Below are positions 37,612-46,873 of a stretch of 64,000 bases of DNA, piece by piece. How positions within the stretch are numbered: the first letter of the stretch is position 1; the number at the start of each line of letters is the position of its first letter. Source of the stretch: an uncultured Acidobacteriota bacterium (GTDB lineage: Bacteria; Acidobacteriota; Terriglobia; Acidiferrales; UBA7541); NCBI GenBank assembly GCA_963833595.1, contig CAWHYM010000028.1, positions 3,938 through 67,937 on the forward strand, given 5' to 3'. The notes under the pieces were generated by a model. It was not told the origin of the DNA and did not search any database. It saw nothing but the letters and a program-made list of their open reading frames with translations. The translations under genes were made by a program, and so were the position numbers.

Positions 37612-37923
37612 ATGATTCAAATCATCCTTTCGGAAACGCCGACAGCCGATTGGAAGCGCTTATTTTACGAAACACAACAAGCGCCGCCGCCCGACTTTCC
37701 TCCCCGAGCCGTGGATATCAGCGGAGCGTTCATTCGATTCCGGTCGGACGTCCCGAGCGTGGAAGCCAGGACGGCCTGGATCGATCGATGGATCGAGCGC
37801 GCCAATCAAAAAGAAGCGGCCATGGGCGGAAAGCTCGACGAAGAACGCCGGCGCCGCCGCGACGAACACCAGCGCGAGCAGCAGGAATTGGCGGCAATCA
37901 ACGCGCACTGGGAAAAGTTGTGA
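37612..37923 (+). CDS. hypothetical 103-aa protein between dnaK and dnaJ
   Basis: The best-looking frame starts at MIQIILSETPTADWKRLFYE and ends in a charged helix (EERRRRRDEHQREQQEL). Overlapping frames are Arg-rich junk. No GrpE motifs. Confidence 0.45.
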   Translation: MIQIILSETPTADWKRLFYETQQAPPPDFPPRAVDISGAFIRFRSDVPSVEARTAWIDRWIERANQKEAAMGGKLDEERRRRRDEHQREQQELAAINAHWEKL

Positions 37924-38051
37924 AGTGAGCTACAGAGGCTAAGGCCCCGCTCTTGCAGCCCTGCAAGTCGCGGCTAAAGCCGCGACCCACAATGCGCTCT
38001 GTGGCATGCAACAGCGGCGATTTTTTGGAAGAAGAGATGATGGGCTGATGT

Positions 38052-38083
38052 TCACGAGTCACCCGTCACGAATCACGAGTCAC
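38052..38083. repeat. family-C TCACGA-rich arm, solo copy
   Basis: TCACGAGTCACCCGTCACGAATCACGAGTCAC lies 10 nt upstream of the dnaJ ATG. Confidence 0.7.
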
Positions 38084-38093
38084 TGAATTTCAT

Positions 38094-39245
38094 ATGGCCA
38101 CAACCACAAAACAGGACTATTACGAACTGCTGGGCGTCTCCCGCAAGGCCGCGCAGAAGGAAATCCGGCAGGCCTACCGGAAACTCGCGCGCAAATATCA
38201 TCCAGACTTGAACCCGGGCGACAAATCCTCGGAAGAAAAATTCAAGCAGGTGCAGGAAGCCTACGACGTTCTGTCCGACAGCAAGAAGCGGCAGATGTAC
38301 GATCAGTTTGGCTTTGAAACTCCGGGAGCTGGCGGAATGCCCGGCGGGCCGGATTCCGGCGACGTTCATTTTGATTTTGGCGGATTTGATTTCGGCGGCG
38401 GAGCAGGCCAAGGAGGCGCGGGGCCGAGCTTTCGGGATCTGTTCAGCCAATTCTTTCGCGGTGGGGGCGCGGCGGCCGAAGCGCCTTCGCGTGCGGAGCC
38501 GGGCTCGAGTCTCGAATACCAGATCGAGATCAGTTTCTGGGAAGCGGTTCGCGGCACTGTAAAAAAACTCACGATCTCGCGTCTCGATACCTGCACCGAA
38601 TGCCGCGGCATAGGCACGGTTGGCCAGCCGCAGACCTGCACGGCATGCGGCGGTTCTGGGCAAGTCACGCAGACGAGCGGGAAGATGCGCTTTAACCTGA
38701 CGTGCACGCACTGCGGCGGCACTGGACGCACTCGAAACATTTGCCGCCTCTGCGGCGGCGATGGGCGCGTGCGGCGCGCGGACACGATCGAAATTCGAAT
38801 TCCCGCGGGCGTGCAAACCGGCTCGCGCGTGCGCGTGCCCGGACGCGGCAATGCGGGAACAGCCGGCGAGCCGCCCGGAGACCTCTACATCATCACCGAC
38901 GTTCAGCCGCACCCGTTTTTCGACCGCCGCGGCGACGACCTCTACACCACCGTTCCCATCACCGTCACCGAGGCAGCCCTGGGCGCGAAAATCGAAGTGC
39001 CAACGATCGACGGGCGTTCGCTCTTGCGCGTTCCGCCGGGGACGAACAGCGGCCAGAAGCTGCGCCTGCGCGAAAAGGGCGTGCCTTCGGTTCGGACCCC
39101 CGGGCAACGCGGGGACCAATACATCGAGCTGCAAGTCATGGTGCCGAAGCCGGTGGACGAACGCGTGCGGGAACTTTTGAAGGAACTGGAGAAGATCGCG
39201 CCGGAAGATCCGCGCAAGGATCTTTTTGACCGGGCCAAGGCGTAA
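38094..39245 (+). CDS. dnaJ: molecular chaperone DnaJ
   Basis: 383-aa ORF: J-domain (YYELLGV...HPD), G/F region, four CxxCxGxG zinc motifs. Confidence 0.98.
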   Translation: MATTTKQDYYELLGVSRKAAQKEIRQAYRKLARKYHPDLNPGDKSSEEKFKQVQEAYDVLSDSKKRQMYDQFGFETPGAGGMPGGPDSGDVHFDFGGFDFGGGAGQGGAGPSFRDLFSQFFRGGGAAAEAPSRAEPGSSLEYQIEISFWEAVRGTVKKLTISRLDTCTECRGIGTVGQPQTCTACGGSGQVTQTSGKMRFNLTCTHCGGTGRTRNICRLCGGDGRVRRADTIEIRIPAGVQTGSRVRVPGRGNAGTAGEPPGDLYIITDVQPHPFFDRRGDDLYTTVPITVTEAALGAKIEVPTIDGRSLLRVPPGTNSGQKLRLREKGVPSVRTPGQRGDQYIELQVMVPKPVDERVRELLKELEKIAPEDPRKDLFDRAKA

Positions 39246-39256
39246 GGAGCACAGCG

Positions 39257-39664
39257 ATGACGCGCGTGAACCCAAAGCGAAAAAAGGCTCGCGCCGGATA
39301 CATGATTTCAGCGGTAGCGGAACTGTATAAACTGCATCCGCAGACGCTGCGCCTCTACGAACGCGTGGGACTGCTCAAGCCGTCGCGGTCCGATGGCAAC
39401 ACGCGGCTTTACACGGACTCCGACCTGGAACGACTGGAAGTCATCCTGACCCTGACGCGCGAAATGGGCGTCAACCTCGCGGGAATCGAAATCATTTTGA
39501 ACATGCGCGAAAAAATGGCGGAAATGCAGCACCAGATGGAAGCGTTCACTTCCTTTGTGCAGCATGAATTGGCGCGCGGCCTCCGCTCGGCAACCGCGCG
39601 GCCGCAGGACAACGCCCTGGCGCGGATTCCTCCGCCAAAGGTGATCCGAGTGCACAAGGGCTGA
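39257..39664 (+). CDS. hspR: MerR-family heat-shock repressor HspR
   Basis: 135-aa ORF: ISAVAELYKLHPQTLRLYERVGLLKPSRSDGNTRLYTDSDLERLEVIL. Position after dnaJ matches known dnaK-dnaJ-hspR operons. Confidence 0.8.
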   Translation: MTRVNPKRKKARAGYMISAVAELYKLHPQTLRLYERVGLLKPSRSDGNTRLYTDSDLERLEVILTLTREMGVNLAGIEIILNMREKMAEMQHQMEAFTSFVQHELARGLRSATARPQDNALARIPPPKVIRVHKG

Positions 39665-39666
39665 AT

Positions 39667-39776
39667 CCATAGATAAACACAGATGAACACTGATAAGAAT
39701 CCAAAGGCGCGGGTCTAATTCTCTTGTCGCGACTAGGTTCCGTCTTTCATCTGTGTGTATCTGTGTTCATCTGTGG
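39667..39776. repeat. family-D inverted-repeat element (CCATAGATAAACACAGATGAACAC ... GTGTTCATCTGTGG)
   Basis: Arms at 39667-39697 and 39745-39776 are imperfect inverted repeats. The element starts 3 nt after the hspR stop. Confidence 0.75.
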
Positions 39777-39862
39777 TTGCAAAGATTTTTTCCACACTCA
39801 CCAACAATTTCAACAGGGCGGGACAGCTTGCGCAACTTTAGCGGCGCGCCTATGCTGGCTTC

Positions 39863-40741
39863 ATGGCGCAACCCGATTGCCCGCTGTGCGGCGGCACTGG
39901 ATGGAAGACCGTCGAGCACGTCGCGGAAGAAGAAAAACTGACCCGTGGTTCCCGGGAAAAGCCCATCGAGGGCACAACCGCAACCAAGCGCGTCTGGGCC
40001 GTGCCATGCGATTGCACGGGCAAGGATCGCACCGCGCGTGCGATGGGCCGCGCGCGCATTCCGAACCGCTACGAACACTGCGACTTCGACAACTTCGATA
40101 CCAAACTGTATGACATTGAAAACGGCTCTGAATACGTCAAGTGGAATCACGGCCTCGAACAAGCCAAGTTGGTCACGGAAGCGTTTGCCCGCGATTATCC
40201 GGCCGGCACCGACACGGGCCTGCTGCTGATGGGGCCATGCGGCGCGGGCAAGACGCACCTCGCCGTCGCCGCGCTCCGGCAAATCGTTTTGCGCGGGCAC
40301 ACGGGACTTTTTTACGATTACCGCGAGCTGCTCAAGGAAATTCAGGGAAGCTACAATCCGGAAAGTCAAACCAGCGAACTCGGCGTGCTCGAACCCGTGC
40401 TGACTGCCGACGTTTTGCTCCTCGATGATCTCGGGGCCAGCAAACCTTCTCCGTGGGCGCTCGAAACCGTCGGGCACATCCTCAATTCACGGTACAACGA
40501 ACGGCGCATCACGCTGCTGACAACGAATTATCTCGACAACACCGGACCGACTCCGATGCCTCCACCTCGGAGACCCCAACTCCCCTCCGGCCAGGCGGTC
40601 TCCGCCGCCCGCGAGGATTCACTGACCGACCGTCTGGGTATGCGCATCCGTTCCCGCCTGTATGAAATGTGCCGCACGATCGAACTCTTCGCCCCCGATT
40701 ACCGCCGCGAAGTCCGCCAGGCCGGGCGAATGCGTTCGTGA
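39863..40741 (+). CDS. DnaC/IstB-like AAA+ ATPase with N-terminal Cys-rich motif
   Basis: 292-aa ORF: CPLCGGTGW...PCDC, Walker A GPCGAGKTHLAVA, Walker B LLLDDLG, then ITLLTTN. Confidence 0.75.
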   Translation: MAQPDCPLCGGTGWKTVEHVAEEEKLTRGSREKPIEGTTATKRVWAVPCDCTGKDRTARAMGRARIPNRYEHCDFDNFDTKLYDIENGSEYVKWNHGLEQAKLVTEAFARDYPAGTDTGLLLMGPCGAGKTHLAVAALRQIVLRGHTGLFYDYRELLKEIQGSYNPESQTSELGVLEPVLTADVLLLDDLGASKPSPWALETVGHILNSRYNERRITLLTTNYLDNTGPTPMPPPRRPQLPSGQAVSAAREDSLTDRLGMRIRSRLYEMCRTIELFAPDYRREVRQAGRMRS

Positions 40742-40888
40742 ATCGTGATTTGTGATTAGCAGCGCGCGCATTCCGTCTGCAATTGATAGTCGGAAGCCAA
40801 CCCCTTTCCATTCAAAGGCGATGCCGCCGATCAGACATTCTAAACTCTCAACTATCAGTTTGGGACGTTTCACGAACCACGAGTCACG
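40737..40888. repeat. family-C palindromic element (GTGATTCGTGA... / ...TCACGAATCACG arms)
   Basis: Left arm CGTGAATCGTGATTTGTGATTAGC (overlaps the stop at 40739-40741). Right arm TCACGAACCACGAGTCACG. The interior contains AAACTCTCAAC, as in the 45322-45482 copy. Confidence 0.65.
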
Positions 40889-41061
40889 CCTCTCGGCCTA
40901 CCACTTTCATTGACATAGGCCACAAAGCGCGGGTATTATCCCCTCGGTGCGGCACCTGGGTGGGAAGCCGCGCTTCCTTCCTTGCACCTCCCCGTGACTC
41001 GGAAGATAATCCGGGCTTTTCCTGTTGGGAGCAAGGCAAGGACCTCACTGGAGGCAGTAAG

Positions 41062-43050
41062 ATGTTTTCCGATAATGAAAACCCCGGCGCGGAGCATTCC
41101 GCCGGACAGACCGCAACCGCCGCAACAGCGGCGCCAGAACAAACCACAAACGTAGAGACGGAGCAGGCCTTGGCTGCTGCAGTTCAAGCCCAAGAACTGA
41201 TTGCCGCCGTCGCTCCGCCTCCCGCGGAGCCGGCCGTTGTTACCGTGTCTCCCACGGAGCCCGTGGCGGCGCCGAATGGCATTGCAGCCGTCGAACATTC
41301 CAATGTGAGCGACGTGGTGGAAGCCGCCGTGGATTCCGGCGAGCCTCCGACGGAATCGAACGCGGAGATGGAACAGCTCATGGAGCAATACGCCGTGCCA
41401 CATCAGGCGCCGGCGGAAGGCGAAATCGAGTCGGGCCAGGTCGTGGCGATCACCGACTTGGGCGTGGTTGTGAACCTGGGCGGCAAGACCGAGGGTCTGA
41501 TTCCCGCGCAGGAATTCGCGGAACTGGACGGCCCGTTCCCATTGGTTGTCGGGCAGCCGGTCGAAGTGCAGCGCACGGGCGACCGCAAGGAAGGAATGGT
41601 GTTGCTGTCGTACCAGCGCGTAAAGCGGCGGCGCGCCTGGGGCAAGATTGAAGAGGCATACCGAACGAAGGCCGACATCACCGGAAAAATCGTCGACCAC
41701 ATCAAGGGCGGCCTGGTAGTGGACATCGGCGTGCGTGCATTTTTGCCGGCATCGCAAGCCGATCTGCATCCGGTGCGCGACCTCGACGAATGGAAGGGCC
41801 GGGAGCTTACCGTCCGCGTGCTGAAGATGAACCGCAAGCGCGGAAACGTGGTCGTCAGCCGCCGATTGATCCTGGACGAACAAGTGGCATCGCAGCGGCA
41901 GGCCATGCTCGACTCGATGGCTGAGGGACAGATCGTGCGAGGCGTCGTCAAGAACGTCACCGGCTACGGCGCGTTTGTGGACCTGGGCGGCATCGACGGA
42001 CTGCTGCACATCACGGACATGTCATGGGGCCGGGTCGCAAGCCCGCTTGACGCTGTCTCGCCGGGCGAGGAAGTGGAAGTAAAGATCCTGAAGTACGACA
42101 AGGAAAAGGGACGCGTGTCGCTCGGGCGCAAGCAATTGCTGCCCGATCCGTGGTCCTCGGTGGTGGAGCGCTACTCTCAGGGAACGAAACTCACGGGCAA
42201 GATCATGGGCCTGACGGATTACGGCGCGTTTGTCGAACTGGAGCCGGGGATCGAAGGCCTGGTGCACGTCAGCGAGATGAGCTGGTCCAAGCGCAAGCAG
42301 CACCCATCGAAAATCGTCAAAGTGGGCGACGAGGTCGACGTGATCGTGCTGGGCGTCGATTCGAACGAGCGGCGAATTTCACTCGGGATGAAGCAGGCGC
42401 AGTCAGACCCGTGGCAACAGCTCGCGGAAAAGTATCCTGTCGGCACGGTGGTGAGCGGGCGCATCCGCAACCTGACCGAATTCGGGGCCTTCCTGGAAAT
42501 CGAGGAAGGATTCGACGGGCTCATTCACGTCAGCGACATTTCCTGGACCGGACGAATCAAGACTCCCTCCGAGGTTTATAAGAAGGGCGACACGGTCGAA
42601 GCCAAGGTGTTGAAGATCGACCAGGGTTCGCGGCGCGTTTCACTCGGCGTCAAACAGGTCAACGACATCTGGTCCTCGTGGTTTGAGAAGCACAAGGTCG
42701 GGGACCTCGTGCGCGGAAAAGTGTCGCGCGTCACGACTTTTGGCGCGTTCGTCGAGCTGGCCGACGGGATCGAAGGTCTCTGCCACATTTCGGAGATTGA
42801 CGACCGCCGCAAGGGCGACAAGCCGCAAGGCCCGCCGCGTCCCGGCGTCCGGCAGAGCGGACTGCTCGACCCCGGCCGCGATTACGAGTTCAAAATTGTC
42901 AAGATCAGCCCGGACCAGCATAAAATTGGGCTCAGCTACCGTGGCGCGCAAAAGCAGGCGGAACGCCGCGACATGGAAGATTACCGGTCGACGAAATCTT
43001 CGGCGAAAGCCACGATCGGCGATGCGATCATGGCCAAGCGTTCCCTGTAG
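41062..43050 (+). CDS. rpsA: 30S ribosomal protein S1 with low-complexity N-terminal extension
   Basis: ORF 40783..43050, with the best start ATG at 41062 after GGAGG. Six S1-domain repeats (G.V..V...GAFV.L..G..GL.H.SE motifs). The first ~110 aa are an Ala/Pro/Glu-rich extension. Confidence 0.93.
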   Translation: MFSDNENPGAEHSAGQTATAATAAPEQTTNVETEQALAAAVQAQELIAAVAPPPAEPAVVTVSPTEPVAAPNGIAAVEHSNVSDVVEAAVDSGEPPTESNAEMEQLMEQYAVPHQAPAEGEIESGQVVAITDLGVVVNLGGKTEGLIPAQEFAELDGPFPLVVGQPVEVQRTGDRKEGMVLLSYQRVKRRRAWGKIEEAYRTKADITGKIVDHIKGGLVVDIGVRAFLPASQADLHPVRDLDEWKGRELTVRVLKMNRKRGNVVVSRRLILDEQVASQRQAMLDSMAEGQIVRGVVKNVTGYGAFVDLGGIDGLLHITDMSWGRVASPLDAVSPGEEVEVKILKYDKEKGRVSLGRKQLLPDPWSSVVERYSQGTKLTGKIMGLTDYGAFVELEPGIEGLVHVSEMSWSKRKQHPSKIVKVGDEVDVIVLGVDSNERRISLGMKQAQSDPWQQLAEKYPVGTVVSGRIRNLTEFGAFLEIEEGFDGLIHVSDISWTGRIKTPSEVYKKGDTVEAKVLKIDQGSRRVSLGVKQVNDIWSSWFEKHKVGDLVRGKVSRVTTFGAFVELADGIEGLCHISEIDDRRKGDKPQGPPRPGVRQSGLLDPGRDYEFKIVKISPDQHKIGLSYRGAQKQAERRDMEDYRSTKSSAKATIGDAIMAKRSL

Positions 43051-43238
43051 TCGCTCCGGCAGTCCCCGGCCGGAGTGTAAATAATATTTCCCTTGAGCCT
43101 CATTTGGTGATATGGAATTGCCACCAAAGGCAGCCCGCCGGGGAATTTTTCTCCAGCGAGCCGGTGGCGCGTTCCCGGGGCGCGTTCGGGCCTGGCACCC
43201 AGGGGTGCAATTTTTAGGATTAGGCGGAGCATACATCA

Positions 43239-43580
43239 ATGAACGATTCCACCGTGACAAAGGCGGACCTGGTCGAAGAAGTGGTTCGCGTCACAGAACT
43301 TCCACGCAAGGAATCCGAAGCCGTGGTCGAGACCATTTTCGAAAGCATCATCGGCGCGCTGCAAGGGGGCGACCGCATCGAAATCCGGGGCTTCGGAAGT
43401 TTTCGAACGCGCCAGCGCCGCGGCCGGACCGGGCGCAATCCGAAGACCGGCGCCAAGGTCGAGGTGCCGCCCAAGAAGATTCCGTTTTTCAAGCCCAGCA
43501 AGGAGTTGAAGGATCATGTCAACTCCAGTGCGCCTGCTGCACCGGGTTCGGGTTCCGCGCCGGCAGTGCCGCCGAGTTAG
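43239..43580 (+). CDS. IHF/HU-family DNA-binding protein (IHF-beta-like, follows rpsA)
   Basis: 113-aa ORF: RIEIRGFGSFRTRQRRGRTGRNPKTGAKVEVPPKKIPFFKPSKELK. Ala/Pro-rich tail. Confidence 0.88.
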   Translation: MNDSTVTKADLVEEVVRVTELPRKESEAVVETIFESIIGALQGGDRIEIRGFGSFRTRQRRGRTGRNPKTGAKVEVPPKKIPFFKPSKELKDHVNSSAPAAPGSGSAPAVPPS

Positions 43581-43629
43581 AAGGGCGCGGCGGACCCTGG
43601 CCCTTCGCCGTCCGCAGCCAATACTCCCT

Positions 43630-44112
43630 ATGGATTACCTCTGGACGCCCTGGCGCTACCGATACGTTGCCGAAGTCAAGAACCTTGCGGGTTGCGTCTT
43701 CTGCAACGCGCATGCCGCGAATCGCGACGAGGAGTGGCTCATCGTCCAGCGAGCCGTAAAAAATTTCGTCATCCTGAACCGCTATCCCTACACGGCGGGA
43801 CACGTGATGATCGTCCCCTACGCGCATACCGCGGATTTTTCCGGGCTCGAAAGAGATACCGCGGCGGAAATGATGCTGCTCTCGCAGCGCGTGCAGGCGG
43901 CGATTGATGACGTCTACCATCCGGACGGCTTCAACCTGGGCATGAATCTGGGCCATTCCGCCGGCGCCGGCATCGCCGATCACCTGCATATGCACCTGGT
44001 GCCCCGCTGGACCGGCGACACGAATTTCATGACCACTGTGAGTGAAACGCGTCTCGAGCCGGAAGAGCTTTCCGTAACGTACACGAAGCTTCGCAAGGCG
44101 CTCGTTCTGTAA
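43630..44112 (+). CDS. HIT-family nucleotide hydrolase/transferase
   Basis: Start MDYLWTPWRYRYV at 43630. Histidine triad HLHMHLVPRW. Confidence 0.85.
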   Translation: MDYLWTPWRYRYVAEVKNLAGCVFCNAHAANRDEEWLIVQRAVKNFVILNRYPYTAGHVMIVPYAHTADFSGLERDTAAEMMLLSQRVQAAIDDVYHPDGFNLGMNLGHSAGAGIADHLHMHLVPRWTGDTNFMTTVSETRLEPEELSVTYTKLRKALVL

Positions 44113-44139
44113 CCTTCACTGCCATTTCCGGAGCCACGG

Positions 44140-45285
44140 TTGAACTTCGCACTTACCGAAGAACAAAAATTGCTGCAGCGCACGGTGCGGGAATTCGCCG
44201 AGAATGAAGTAAAGCCGCTCGCGCGCGAAATCGACGAGACGGGACATTTTCCTCGCGAAACTTTTCGCAAGGCCGCGGAACTCGGCCTGACCGCGGTTGC
44301 GCTGCCGGAATCCGAAGGCGGTGCGGGGTTCGACCACGTCTCCTATTCCATCGTCATCGAAGAAATTTCTCGTGTGTGCGCTTCCACCGGCGTGATTCTT
44401 TCCGTACAAAATTCCTTGTATTGCGATCCGATCCATCGCTTCGGCACGGATGAACAAAAGAAACAATTTCTCTTGCCCTTCGCGCGCGGCGAAAAAATCG
44501 GATGTTACGCGCTAACCGAGCCGCAGGCCGGCTCGAACGCAGCGGCGCTCGCGACCAAGGCGGTGCGCAAGGGCGACCGCTACATCATCAACGGCGCGAA
44601 AGCGTGGATCACGAACGGCGGCGTGGCGGACGCGGCGATCGTGTACGTAAATACCGACGCGGCGAAGGGCGAAAAGGGGATCACGGCGCTGATCGTCGAA
44701 CGCGGCACGCCCGGCTTCAAGGTGGGCAAGGAAGAAAAGAAACTCGGCATCCACGCCACAGCGTGCACGGAACTGTCCTTCACCGATTGCGAAGTGCCCG
44801 CCGGCAATCGCATCGGAAACGAAGGCGAAGGGTACAAGATCGCTCTGTCGACGCTCGACGGCGGGCGTATCGGCATCGCCGCGCAGGCAACCGGCATCGC
44901 GCAAGGCGCGCTCGAACAGGCGCTGGCCTACGCGCAAGAGCGGCAGGCCTTCGGGCATCCCATCGCCGATTTCCAGGCGATCCAGTTCATGCTCGCCGAC
45001 ATGGCCACCGAAATCGACGCGGCGCGCCTGCTGGTGCGCAAGGCGGCGTGGAAATCGGATTCGGGCACGCGCTTTTCCATGGAAGCTTCGATTGCAAAGC
45101 TATTCGCCTCGGAGATGGCCACGCGCGCGACGCACAAGGCGATGCAAATTCATGGCGGCTACGGCTACAGCGCCGAATATCCGGTCGAGCGCATGTACCG
45201 CGACGCGCGAATCACGGAAATCTACGAGGGCACAAGCGAAATCCAGCGCCTGGTGATTGCCGCGTGGGTGTTGAAATCCTTTTGA
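44140..45285 (+). CDS. acyl-CoA dehydrogenase (short/butyryl-CoA type)
   Basis: 381-aa ORF with ACAD blocks CYALTEPQAGSN, ITNGG, and a C-terminus YEGTSEIQRLVIA. Confidence 0.92.
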   Translation: MNFALTEEQKLLQRTVREFAENEVKPLAREIDETGHFPRETFRKAAELGLTAVALPESEGGAGFDHVSYSIVIEEISRVCASTGVILSVQNSLYCDPIHRFGTDEQKKQFLLPFARGEKIGCYALTEPQAGSNAAALATKAVRKGDRYIINGAKAWITNGGVADAAIVYVNTDAAKGEKGITALIVERGTPGFKVGKEEKKLGIHATACTELSFTDCEVPAGNRIGNEGEGYKIALSTLDGGRIGIAAQATGIAQGALEQALAYAQERQAFGHPIADFQAIQFMLADMATEIDAARLLVRKAAWKSDSGTRFSMEASIAKLFASEMATRATHKAMQIHGGYGYSAEYPVERMYRDARITEIYEGTSEIQRLVIAAWVLKSF

Positions 45286-45287
45286 AA

Positions 45288-45319
45288 CCACGGATGCACA
45301 CAGATAAACACGGATGAGG
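45288..45319. repeat. family-D arm, solo copy
   Basis: CCACGGATGCACACAGATAAACACGGATGAGG lies directly after the ACAD stop and resembles the 39667-39697 arm. Confidence 0.55.
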
Positions 45320-45321
45320 AA

Positions 45322-45482
45322 CGTGATTCGTGAATCATGATTCGTGTGGATTTGAGAGCTGCCAGTTGAGAGTTAAATGAGAGGTACATTTTACCTCGGA
45401 TAAATCCGGGTTGGGCCTCTTAACTCTCAACGGTTGACTCTCGACTCTTCACGAATCGCGAGTTACAAATCACGAATCACGA
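45322..45482. repeat. family-C palindromic element, full copy
   Basis: Outer arms CGTGATTCGTGAATCATGATTCGTG and TCACGAATCGCGAGTTACAAATCACGAATCACGA. Inner inverted repeat CAGTTGAGAGTTAA / TTAACTCTCAACGG. Confidence 0.8.
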
Positions 45483-45497
45483 TACGCGCAGCCTTCC

Positions 45498-46718
45498 ATG
45501 CAAGAACTCGATTCAAACCTTGAATTCGACGCCGCGCACGACAGCGACTTTTTCGCCGCCTTCCCTGCGCGGCCGGCGGTGTTTTCCGTCGAGCCGCGCG
45601 CGGAATTAATTGGCGCGAAACCGTACATGCTGCGCACGGCGAATCTGCGGCAGCGGCTCGCGCGCCTGCTTGGGCCGCCCGAACCTGCGTCGAAACGGCT
45701 GAATTTGCGCGAGTTCGCGGCGCGCGTGCGCTACCGCGTCGTGGGGTCGCCGTTTGAATTGAGTTTTCTGCACTGGCAGCACGCGCGGCGGGTCTGGCCC
45801 GCGGGGTATCGCGAGCGCGTGCGGCTGCGGCCGCCCGCCGTGCTCAAGGTCAGCCTCACGAACGCGTATCCGCGCTGCTACGCCACACGGCGCATCAGCG
45901 CGAACGGATTTTATTTCGGGCCGTTCGCGTCACGCCGCGCGGCCGATACGTTCGCGTCCGGTTTTCTCGACCTGTTTAAAATCCGGCGCTGCCAGATCAA
46001 GATCCGCCGCGATCCAAGTTTTCCCGGCTGCATCTATTCGGAAATGAAAATGTGTCTTGCGCCATGTTTCGCGGGTTGCACGAAGGAAGACTACGACGCG
46101 GAAGTGGGCCGCGTCGTCGCGTTTCTCGCGACGGGCGGCGCCTCTCTCACGGCGGAACTCGAGCGCGAGCGCGAGGCGGCGAGCGAAGCGCTCGATTTCG
46201 AGCGAGCCGCGGCGGTCCATCGCCGGATCGAAAAAGCCGCCGAGGCGCTGCGCGGATTGCCCGATCTCGCGCGTCGTCTCGAAGACCTCAACGCCGTCGT
46301 CCTGCAGCGAGCGGCGGAAGAAAACACGGTGGCGGTATTCGTGGTGCGCGCTGGACGCATCGAGGAGCCGCGCATGCTGCGCTTCGCGGAACTTGCCAGC
46401 GAGCCCCGCTCGGTCGAACAAATCCTGCGCGAGTGGCTCGAAGGAGCGGGAGAGCACGCTTCCCTTCCCGCAAAGGCAACCTCTTCGCAACAAAGCTATC
46501 GCGAACTCGAGGATCAACTCAGCTTGCTGGCGCGTTGGTTCCATAAGAAGCCGCGAGTTGGGGAACTTTTCTTTCGCGAAACCACGGCGCGCTCTTCCGC
46601 CGCCACGCCGCAAGACGAAGCCAGCGCGCGCCGCAACAGCGAATGGCCCTATCGCCGCATTTTGCGCGCCTGCTCGCGGTTACTGGCGCCTCCGGCGGAG
46701 GAGTCAACGGTTGAGTAG
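45498..46718 (+). CDS. UvrC-like protein (degenerate GIY-YIG, Cys-rich and UVR-like regions; no C-terminal nuclease/HhH)
   Basis: 406-aa ORF. YFGPFASRRAA...FKIRRC...PGCIYSEMKMCLAPCFAGCTKEDY...FERAAAVHRRI parallels the N-terminal half of UvrC. The GIY/YIG positions read AVF/YML. Confidence 0.5.
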   Translation: MQELDSNLEFDAAHDSDFFAAFPARPAVFSVEPRAELIGAKPYMLRTANLRQRLARLLGPPEPASKRLNLREFAARVRYRVVGSPFELSFLHWQHARRVWPAGYRERVRLRPPAVLKVSLTNAYPRCYATRRISANGFYFGPFASRRAADTFASGFLDLFKIRRCQIKIRRDPSFPGCIYSEMKMCLAPCFAGCTKEDYDAEVGRVVAFLATGGASLTAELEREREAASEALDFERAAAVHRRIEKAAEALRGLPDLARRLEDLNAVVLQRAAEENTVAVFVVRAGRIEEPRMLRFAELASEPRSVEQILREWLEGAGEHASLPAKATSSQQSYRELEDQLSLLARWFHKKPRVGELFFRETTARSSAATPQDEASARRNSEWPYRRILRACSRLLAPPAEESTVE

Positions 46719-46873
46719 GGGCACGGCATGCCGTGCCGCTACAACCGACCCATGGAATAGCAGATTCATAAACAGCGTCTCTGCTGATTTAAGACGTTGC
46801 CCTGCCGCTCGTGAGAAAAACGGGTTACGAGTCTGTCCCACAGAACGAAGAATCGCTCTTATCGTCTTGGCTA

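Noticed and set aside
37489-37923. The ORF between dnaK and dnaJ as grpE
   Set aside because: It is too short (about 103-144 aa) and lacks the GrpE C-terminal beta-domain motifs. It is kept as a hypothetical gene.
35512-42009. Minus-strand ORFs 35512..37335, 38073..39275 and 40936..42009
   Set aside because: They are antisense shadows of dnaK, dnaJ and rpsA respectively, with low-complexity Arg/Leu/Gly-rich translations.
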